A DNA stretch of 64,000 nt from a bacterium (GTDB taxonomy: Bacteria; Margulisbacteria; Marinamargulisbacteria; JABIPA01). Shown piece after piece: positions 17,520 to 24,862 of this stretch. Position numbers and translations under genes: made by a program. A model generated the notes under the pieces. The model saw nothing but the letters and a program-made list of their open reading frames with translations. It did not search any database and was not told the origin of the DNA. Within the stretch, counting starts at the first letter, position 1; every line of letters begins with the position of its first letter. The stretch lies in NCBI GenBank assembly GCA_018698675.1, contig JABIPA010000059.1:15784-79783 (forward strand), read 5' to 3'.

Positions 17520-19796
17520 TTAAGCTCGGTTGGGTTCGTATTTTTTTGCAAGTTTTAGCATCTCATCATAGTGGGCTCCGTCGGCAACTTTAACATACTC
17601 CAAAATATTTCTTAAAACTTCAGGAGTTTCGCTAAGCAAAGTAGGGTCATGGGTCATGCTTTCTTGAACTTGGTCTTTGTGTGAAAAAATATGAGTGAAA
17701 ATCAATATTTTAGTTTTTTTGTTATCGTCAAATAAAATCTTATTAAATTGGTCGGTGAAGTTGTCAGCGAGACTGGGAAATCTAAAACCCAAAAAAGTTT
17801 CTAAAAATCGTCTAGAAACGTTAGGCATTTGATAAAAATACTCTAATGATTTTTCTGCTGTCTTGTATTTGGAATTTATATATATTAAATAAAATAGATA
17901 GTTGTATTCGGAATCAAATCGCTCTAAAAGATTATCAAGCGGGAGTAGCCTGGAGAGTCTTTTATCATCGTTTTGTTCAGCTTTGACCATATAAAAACTG
18001 CTCACTTTGTCGTTACCACTTTTTTTAAACCAGCTTTTTACTAATCTGAAAAATGTAAAATTATGGGTAAATACGAACAGCTGATAGGAAGTATTTAGGC
18101 TATTGAACAGCATTGAATATGCATGAAAAATTGCATTTTGATCGAGACTTGAGACTGGGTCGTCAATTACAACAATTCCATTATCAAGGTCAAAATCCTT
18201 ATCATAAAGGCTTTTTATAAAATATGTAAAAGCTATTGCTGTTTTTTCTCCTTCACTTAAGTGATTTGCGATATCTCCGTTTCTAAGAATTTTATAGCCA
18301 TTTTCTTCAACATCAAACTTCAGTTGAGAATGACCTAGGTACCCGTGAAGTAATTTATCCATTTCTTCAGCAGGTTTTCGATGTTCAATAATATTGGCTT
18401 CGAATTTTTGGATACGACGTTCTATATTTGCCAAAAGATTATCGAACTTTTCTATCCTTTTAGTCGAATCTTCTATGAACATAGTGTCTTTCTTAAATTT
18501 ATCAAGAATTTCAGTGTTGATAATATGATTTTCAATATTCGACCTTGTAGCATCAATTTCGGATTTAAAATTCATCGTTCTTTCATTGTGTTTTTTTATT
18601 AGTTTATTTGACCTTTCAAATATAGTTAGGATTTCGTCGTCAAAATTTGGAATTATTAGATCCTCATATTGTGTTCGTTCATAAGAAATAGCTATAAAAG
18701 GATTCTTCTTCTTGCCTTGAAGAAGCCTCTTTAGCTCCTTAAGGAAGTTCGTTCTACTTTTTTCAAGGATTTTGATGGCATCTATCGTGCTTTTATAATT
18801 TGCATAATAGTCTTCATAAAGGGCTTCTGGGCTTATTAGCTCAACCTCTTCATTTAGGGACTCATCAATAGATTTTTCGACCTCCCCGATTTCGTGCATA
18901 AAATTTTGGAATTCAGCATTAAAATGTTGATTCAGATTATCGAGAACATCTGGGTTTATCTGGTTTTCGCAAAACAGACATTGAGAGGTTGCTCTCTGCT
19001 GATACAGACTTAATCCTCCTTTTACCCAATCCTGAAGCTCGCTATCTTCTTTTAACCTAGGAATAGGCTTGGAGGTCAATGTGCGTGAAAGAAGGGCAAT
19101 TGTTTTAGTCTCAATGTCTAATAGGAGGCTGGCGAATGGTGTTAGTTCTTCTAGGATGTTTTTTTGTTTAGAGGACTTTTTTATTTGAAATTCGGCAATC
19201 TGCTCGTCAGTAAAGGAAAGGGATTCAGTAGTCTTTAGCTCTTCAAAACTACCGAGCTTTTTTTTTAAGTTCGCTTGGGTATAATCTGTATAAATTGTTT
19301 TCTCAGGAGATCTAAGATCTTCTTTTATTCTTTTTGCTTTTTCAGAAAGAAATTTTTCCTGTTCTTTAATGATTTTATTTTTATTCTGTGCACGTTCATT
19401 TTTTTTGTCAGTAAGAATAATTGACTTCTCTTTGTATTTTTCAATTAATCGCTGAAACCTGATATTGCCTTCGCCTAAGAAGAATATTGGGGTTATAGTA
19501 TTTGACGAAGTAAAAATGTTTTTTTCAGTGAATGACTGATTAAAGACTTTAATTTTATTGTGAGAATAGCTACCTCTAGAGGTTAGGTTGTATATTGTGC
19601 TATCTGTCATTTCTAATTCAAAATCAAATTCATCATCATTGTTAGTAATGAAAGAACCTAAAAAAGTTGACAGAGTAGTCTTCCCTGAGCCATTCCATCC
19701 ATAAATTAAATTTAGTTTTTGAAAGTCTGGCAGGTTACTTGACCAAGTGTAGTCGCGAAAGCTTCTAAATTTTAAGCGCCTAATTTTTTGGATCAT
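17520..19796 (-). CDS. RloC/PrrC-like AAA_13-type ABC ATPase with zinc-hook coiled coil and C-terminal candidate anticodon nuclease domain
   Basis: The Walker A is 'IYGWNGSGKTTLS'. A long charged coiled-coil insert contains the CxxC 'SQCLFCENQ'. The ABC signature is 'LSEGEKTAIAF', the Walker B/D-loop is 'GIVVIDDPVSSLD', and the H-loop is 'VFTHNF'. The C-terminal ~150 aa contain 'SRRFLETF...(~35 aa)...FTHIFSH', resembling the PrrC/RloC R-x3-E...H triad. Confidence 0.65.
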   Translation of the reverse strand: MIQKIRRLKFRSFRDYTWSSNLPDFQKLNLIYGWNGSGKTTLSTFLGSFITNNDDEFDFELEMTDSTIYNLTSRGSYSHNKIKVFNQSFTEKNIFTSSNTITPIFFLGEGNIRFQRLIEKYKEKSIILTDKKNERAQNKNKIIKEQEKFLSEKAKRIKEDLRSPEKTIYTDYTQANLKKKLGSFEELKTTESLSFTDEQIAEFQIKKSSKQKNILEELTPFASLLLDIETKTIALLSRTLTSKPIPRLKEDSELQDWVKGGLSLYQQRATSQCLFCENQINPDVLDNLNQHFNAEFQNFMHEIGEVEKSIDESLNEEVELISPEALYEDYYANYKSTIDAIKILEKSRTNFLKELKRLLQGKKKNPFIAISYERTQYEDLIIPNFDDEILTIFERSNKLIKKHNERTMNFKSEIDATRSNIENHIINTEILDKFKKDTMFIEDSTKRIEKFDNLLANIERRIQKFEANIIEHRKPAEEMDKLLHGYLGHSQLKFDVEENGYKILRNGDIANHLSEGEKTAIAFTYFIKSLYDKDFDLDNGIVVIDDPVSSLDQNAIFHAYSMLFNSLNTSYQLFVFTHNFTFFRLVKSWFKKSGNDKVSSFYMVKAEQNDDKRLSRLLPLDNLLERFDSEYNYLFYLIYINSKYKTAEKSLEYFYQMPNVSRRFLETFLGFRFPSLADNFTDQFNKILFDDNKKTKILIFTHIFSHKDQVQESMTHDPTLLSETPEVLRNILEYVKVADGAHYDEMLKLAKKYEPNRA

Positions 19797-19897
19797 GCGA
19801 CCCTCATTTCGAGATTTCGTTGAATGTGTACCAGATGTGTACCAATTTTATTTCCCCTTAAAAGCAAAAAAACACCATTTAAGGTGCTTTTGTGACT

Positions 19898-19950
19898 AAA
19901 ATATATGGCGGGAGCGATGGGACTCGAACCCACGACCTCCTGCGTGACAG
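19898..19950. repeat. att-like direct repeat overlapping 3' half of intact tRNA-Asp
   Basis: The partner copy is the degenerate repeat at 17425..17477. Confidence 0.8.
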
Positions 19951-19983
19951 GCAGGCGTTCTAAACCAACTGAACTACGCCCCC
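19906..19983 (-). tRNA. tRNA-Asp (anticodon GTC)
   Basis: The reverse complement reads GGGGGCGTAGTTCAGTTGGTTAGAACGCCTGCCTGTCACGCAGGAGGTCGTGGGTTCGAGTCCCATCGCTCCCGCCA. This is a cloverleaf with a 7-bp acceptor stem, a GTC anticodon in a CTGTCAC loop, a GGTTCGAGTCC T-arm, and an encoded CCA. Confidence 0.9.
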
Positions 19984-20097
19984 GAAAGACGTGCAAAACA
20001 TTATAGTCACCTTTTCGTCCCAAATCAAGCCTAATAAAATCTTATGCCATTCCTTTTTTCTTTATAAATTGAAAACTGTTTTGTATGATTACTAGTA

Positions 20098-21840
20098 ATG
20101 AAATATTTTCGATACCTTATATTACTCTTTTGCGTTCTCATTTCATCCCCAATTTTAGAGGCTGAAGACTATTTCAATGAACGCACAGGCATCCATTTTA
20201 AAATCCCAAATCGATGGACCTTGTCGCCGGTTACAAATGTTCGATTTGTTCCTATGTCACATCCAAAAAAAATTGCTACAGTTAACGTTTCTATCCATTA
20301 CTTTAAAGAACCTGTAACCGCAAACGGTCTACAACGCATTCGAATAGCATCAAAATATGATGGTTGGGTCCACTTATTTGAACGCCCCGGTACAGAATTT
20401 GAATCAGCAGTTGCTAATATGGATGATAGCTACGTAGCTGTTTATACAAAAAAAGTACTCGACGAGAATCTTCAAATCACATCTAAATTAGTAGGGGAAT
20501 ACTATTTTACTAAAGACAATATAGGTACCATCATCTCGATTGAAACCTACAAAACATCCTGGGGTAAAATTCAAAACGATGTAAAAGAAGTCCTTGAAAG
20601 TTTTTGGGTTGGAGAAGGAGATAGGCCCCATGTTTCATTACCTGAAAAAGCAGGTCTAGGCTGGGAAATGATAGGAAAATCAGCATCCAATCAATTTTTT
20701 GTTAAGAAGTTTGACCTCCCTTCTACCCCTAATACAACATGGTCACTAAGCCAAAAAAAAAACGGTTCATTCGATCCTGAAAATATAGTTATAACTGACG
20801 ATACCCTAATCGTTTATGATAACCTCTCAATTACTGCTCTCTCTCTTAATAAGGGCAAAAAACGATGGGTTTTTAACACCTCTCCAATCAAATCCCATAT
20901 GGTTGCAAAAGATAATCAGCTTTTTTTTATTAACGAAAGCAAAACAAGAACATTAGTAGGTCTAACCATCGATACTGGAAATATCTTATTCAAATTACCA
21001 CTTAATGAAACCGACTATTCAGAAATAATTTACTCGCAAGGTATGCTTTTCATTCACTCTCCAACTAAATTAACAGCTTACGATTCTAGAAATGGGCAAA
21101 CACTTTGGGAAAAACAAGGCACTTATGATGTCGACTTCTACCCTGTTGCTAACAAAGATATCGTTGTGACATTGGCCTCTCCAGAACTTCTTTTGGCTTT
21201 CGGAAAAGAATCAGGGACCCACCTTTGGGAACGTCGTCTAAACTCCCCAGTTCTTATTACACCAACTATCGATGATGCCCATTTATTCATTTCTCAAGGA
21301 AAATCTGAGGCTTACAAGTACCATGAAATGCCAACCGGGCAAATTCAATGTCTTTCTCTTGAGAATAAAGGAGAATCATTATGGACTCATTCTGGAAGTA
21401 CAATCGCAAAACCAATTGTTTCATCCATAGCACTGGGGAATAACCAACTCGTTAGCATTTTTAGAATTCAAGAAGGGTCTCTATTTGAAAGCAAATGGCA
21501 TATTCCTCTTCCAAACTTAGACCTTTTAATTTGTTTAGATAAAAATACTGGCGAACCGCTATGGCAGAAACAGTTATTTACGCCTTTTCTATCTCAACTC
21601 ATTCATCCCATAATTACAGCCACCGATGTTGTTCTAGAAAACCTACAGCAAAGTGAGCCTTATATTTCTAGTATTCGTCACCACTCAGGATCCATCATTA
21701 ATGAACTTAACGCATCACTTCTTTTACCGGATACAATGACCTATAAATTTTACCGTCCACTATCTCCAAAATCTTTAATGCTAGTTAGCGAGTCTGATGA
21801 TTCATTCACCATTCAGATGGTCGCTCAACAACAAAAATAG
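20098..21840 (+). CDS. PQQ-like beta-propeller repeat protein (secreted)
   Basis: A signal peptide is present. Repeated 'G+..W(E/Q)+' blades occur ('KRWVFNT', 'QTLWEKQG', 'THLWERRL', 'EPLWQKQL'). Confidence 0.55.
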   Translation: MKYFRYLILLFCVLISSPILEAEDYFNERTGIHFKIPNRWTLSPVTNVRFVPMSHPKKIATVNVSIHYFKEPVTANGLQRIRIASKYDGWVHLFERPGTEFESAVANMDDSYVAVYTKKVLDENLQITSKLVGEYYFTKDNIGTIISIETYKTSWGKIQNDVKEVLESFWVGEGDRPHVSLPEKAGLGWEMIGKSASNQFFVKKFDLPSTPNTTWSLSQKKNGSFDPENIVITDDTLIVYDNLSITALSLNKGKKRWVFNTSPIKSHMVAKDNQLFFINESKTRTLVGLTIDTGNILFKLPLNETDYSEIIYSQGMLFIHSPTKLTAYDSRNGQTLWEKQGTYDVDFYPVANKDIVVTLASPELLLAFGKESGTHLWERRLNSPVLITPTIDDAHLFISQGKSEAYKYHEMPTGQIQCLSLENKGESLWTHSGSTIAKPIVSSIALGNNQLVSIFRIQEGSLFESKWHIPLPNLDLLICLDKNTGEPLWQKQLFTPFLSQLIHPIITATDVVLENLQQSEPYISSIRHHSGSIINELNASLLLPDTMTYKFYRPLSPKSLMLVSESDDSFTIQMVAQQQK

Positions 21841-21997
21841 TTAAATAAACACACCTACGTCATATAATTTTATTTAATTTATTTTATTGACATAGGCTAA
21901 AAATCCAGATACTCTTTTATTATCAACTGTTGAACATTATCTAATTAATTTTGCATCCATGGACTATCGATTCAAACTAATAATTTAAGGAGGACGT

Positions 21998-22375
21998 ATG
22001 TCCTGTAACTATAATCAAGCGACCTTAGCTGGCCGCCTAACAAAGAACCCTGATCTTAAAAGAATCAGTGATTCAACGTCAAAGTTGTCATTTATTTTAG
22101 CCGTAAATCGTGGGTATAAAAATGAAACGGGTCAAACAGAAGCTGACTTCATTCCTATTTCTCTTTGGGGGAAAATGGCAGAAATTGGAAACGATTTACT
22201 AGAAAAAGGATCCCCCGTTTTGGTGTGGGGGAAAATAAAAGTACGAAGCTATGAAGTTGGTGAAGAAAGAAAATGGTCAACCGAGATTAGTGCTGACAAT
22301 TTTCAATTACTAAACCGGAAAAAAATAGAAATCTTAAATGCTTCCGAAATGGAACCCGCTCTCGAAACAGAATAA
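21998..22375 (+). CDS. ssb: single-stranded DNA-binding protein (short form, no canonical acidic DDDIPF tail)
   Basis: An OB-fold SSB signature is present: 'NQATLAGRLTKNPDLK...FIPISLWGKMAEI...VLVWGKIKVRSYE'. An AGGAGG RBS sits 6 nt upstream. The protein ends '...EPALETE'. Confidence 0.7.
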   Translation: MSCNYNQATLAGRLTKNPDLKRISDSTSKLSFILAVNRGYKNETGQTEADFIPISLWGKMAEIGNDLLEKGSPVLVWGKIKVRSYEVGEERKWSTEISADNFQLLNRKKIEILNASEMEPALETE

Positions 22376-22636
22376 GTTTCGTCCGAATTGAATGGCGCCA
22401 CCTAAGCCATTCTAACAATTACGTATCTGGCTCAATAATAATAAAAGGCCTGTCATATAATGGTTTGCTGTTGAATTGCACGTTCCCTTATGGCAGGTCT
22501 TTTACTCAACTCTTTCTTTAAATTTCATTCCGTACTTTTATCTCATTCTAAATAAAATGTTTCACGTGAAACACTTAAGTACCATCCCTTTCAACTTTTC
22601 CAAAATTAGTGGACAGGTCGATAAAAAAACAAGAAA

Positions 22637-23320
22637 ATGTCGCCTATGATTAACAAAAGTAAAGAAAATGGACTTCTTAACATCGTCCTAAATATTCTGC
22701 TCCCAACATTTATTTTAATTAAGTTAAGCAAAGACGTTTATCTAGGACCCACTTATGGGTTTTGCTTAGCCTTAAGTTTTCCTCTCATCTACTCGGCATA
22801 TAGTCTTATTAAACATAAAACGTTCAACCTAATGTCGGTACTTGGTTTTGTAAGTATTTTACTTACTGGTGGGATCGGATTGTTAAAAATAGACTCTCAA
22901 TGGATTGCCGTTAAAGAAGCAGCTGTTCCTGCAATCATTGGTCTAAGTCTTTTATTTACTTATAACTCAAACTTTTTACCTAAAATGCTTAGTAATCTTT
23001 TAGATATGAAGACAATAACCACAGCTCTAGAAGAGGCTAACTCTCTGACTCTTTTTGAAACCGCTCAAAAAAGAGCGCTATTGGGAGTCGTCGCATCATT
23101 TATGGTATCAGCTGTACTTAACTTCGCACTTGCTAAGGTCGTCATTAAAAGCCCAAGTGGTTCTGAAGCATTTGCTGCTGAATTGGGCAAGATGACCGCA
23201 TTGAGCTTTCCAGTTATAGCTCTTCCTGCAACCATAATATTAATGGGAACAATTTGGTTTTTAGTTCGCAAAATTCATAAATTAACAAATATCCCTATTG
23301 AAGATTTGTTCATCATATAA
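22637..23320 (+). CDS. polytopic inner membrane protein (function unknown)
   Basis: 227 aa with at least 5 predicted TM helices. Confidence 0.4.
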   Translation: MSPMINKSKENGLLNIVLNILLPTFILIKLSKDVYLGPTYGFCLALSFPLIYSAYSLIKHKTFNLMSVLGFVSILLTGGIGLLKIDSQWIAVKEAAVPAIIGLSLLFTYNSNFLPKMLSNLLDMKTITTALEEANSLTLFETAQKRALLGVVASFMVSAVLNFALAKVVIKSPSGSEAFAAELGKMTALSFPVIALPATIILMGTIWFLVRKIHKLTNIPIEDLFII

Positions 23321-23333
23321 TAATGATTAAGGA

Positions 23334-24413
23334 GTGTATAAATTCATATCCTGTTCGACATCGGAATCTGAAGTTGTTACATCACCAATAACAACACTCA
23401 CTACCACAGCCACGAAAACTAAGGAAAATTGCGCTACGGACGCTACATGTCCAATTAATTTTTCCCCCTATTTTTCTGAGCAGACACAGCCCTCTTTTCC
23501 CCATCTACCTCGAGCTCACTATTCGTCAGCCTCAACGACATTTTCTGTTTGTAACGCCCTGTTAACGTCCTACCAACCAGTATTCTGTGATTCATATTCC
23601 GTTCAGAGACCATTGCAACACAAAGTCTTCAGACTCGCTCTTTTAAACTGTTACCCTGAAAAAACAAAAGACATTTACGCTTCTAATCTGCATAGTTGGA
23701 TTAAGAATGGACTACTGGACCTAAACAGAAACCCTCACGATGTTGAAATCCATGAAGTCCATGTTCCTTCAGGACTGCCTAACATGGACTTCAACGGATA
23801 TATAGGAAGTGGTAGCCCCTCAAATATGACAGACACCCCTCGTCCACAATGGATTTCAAATTATATGAATTGGATACGAGAAATTAATAATGGGTCTATC
23901 ATCGTAAACAATAAGCGCCCCAAAGCAGTGCTCCTCTGCTTTAGCGATCAAGCGGCAGGCGAAACATTTGGGGGCGTCGTGGAAAAAAATCCGAATCAAG
24001 AATGGGAGATTGGACTAAAAAAAACATTCCTTCATCCGATACTTTCTCGATTTATGAACGAAAAACATTTATGGATCTATTCTTTTCATTCTCAACAAAT
24101 TACAAAACGACCAAGTAATTGTATTCGTGTAGGGTCCTCAACAAAATCAGAGAATGCTATTTTGTTGTACAAAAATATTTTAAGTTTCCAGGGACATCCC
24201 GAATTTACTCACCGACACCAAATCAAAAACAGCATCAATAGGTCTTTACGATTTTGCAGCAAAACTGACTTATCAAATTTTAATTATAAGGCGAATCAAG
24301 GAAATGGGTTTGTTCAGAAAAATCATGAAAGAGATCTTGCTCCGTCTCCACTAATGGGAGACGGATACAAAGCTGCAAAATTTTGTCTGCTGTATTTATT
24401 TCATTTTCAGTAG
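23334..24413 (+). CDS. hypothetical protein (weak class-I glutamine amidotransferase-like features)
   Basis: 'AVLLCFSDQ' (Cys) and 'FQGHPEF' (His) loosely resemble GATase1 catalytic motifs. The support is weak. Confidence 0.3.
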   Translation: MYKFISCSTSESEVVTSPITTLTTTATKTKENCATDATCPINFSPYFSEQTQPSFPHLPRAHYSSASTTFSVCNALLTSYQPVFCDSYSVQRPLQHKVFRLALLNCYPEKTKDIYASNLHSWIKNGLLDLNRNPHDVEIHEVHVPSGLPNMDFNGYIGSGSPSNMTDTPRPQWISNYMNWIREINNGSIIVNNKRPKAVLLCFSDQAAGETFGGVVEKNPNQEWEIGLKKTFLHPILSRFMNEKHLWIYSFHSQQITKRPSNCIRVGSSTKSENAILLYKNILSFQGHPEFTHRHQIKNSINRSLRFCSKTDLSNFNYKANQGNGFVQKNHERDLAPSPLMGDGYKAAKFCLLYLFHFQ

Positions 24414-24773
24414 AGCCGCATACGAATCTTTTGTTTTCCATGCCAAAAATAAGTGCATAGATAACAACATAATTGGCATACCTAATCCAGCTGGCGCTAA
24501 AAAAGCGTGAAACAAAATTATATTTACCATTATTGGCGTTAAAATAACCAACGATAGCGGAACAAACAAACCCAATACCAAGCCTAGACCACATAAAATT
24601 TCTACAATTTTCAAAAATGGAAAAAAGTATCCAGATCCTGCCAACCCTCCTAAAAAGGCTCCCGCTTCTGCTGGCATTGGTGGCATTGGCATAAAATTTA
24701 AAAATCCATTTAATCCAAATATCACAAATGCTAAACCTAATAAAAATCGCACACCTATCACAGTCTTTTTCAT
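24396..24773 (-). CDS. DoxX-family membrane protein
   Basis: 125 aa with 4 TM helices. 'FLLGLAFVIFGLNGFLNF' is a DoxX-like N-terminus. Confidence 0.5.
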   Translation of the reverse strand: MKKTVIGVRFLLGLAFVIFGLNGFLNFMPMPPMPAEAGAFLGGLAGSGYFFPFLKIVEILCGLGLVLGLFVPLSLVILTPIMVNIILFHAFLAPAGLGMPIMLLSMHLFLAWKTKDSYAALLKMK

Positions 24774-24862
24774 ATTTTTCCTCCTATTAATAACTGTCTA
24801 TGAAATCTGTTTCTAATTTTACCATACCTATTCTCTTACATTCCGAGTAACTTCCTTGCCCG

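Noticed and set aside
18381-18602. 73-aa plus-strand ORF.
   Set aside because: It is antisense within the RloC-like gene. Similar short antisense ORFs within the helicase, dnaE and the MORN genes were dismissed for the same reason.
19797-20097. Looked for an integrase or recombinase gene adjacent to the tRNA-Asp att site.
   Set aside because: There is no ORF with a tyrosine or serine recombinase signature on either side. The PQQ-repeat gene starts at 20098 and the RloC-like gene fills the island. The island is therefore called integrase-less.
22390-22412. Hairpin (GAATGGC-n9-GCCATTC) just after ssb as a possible terminator.
   Set aside because: It is not followed by a U-run, so only a weak candidate. 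It was left unannotated.
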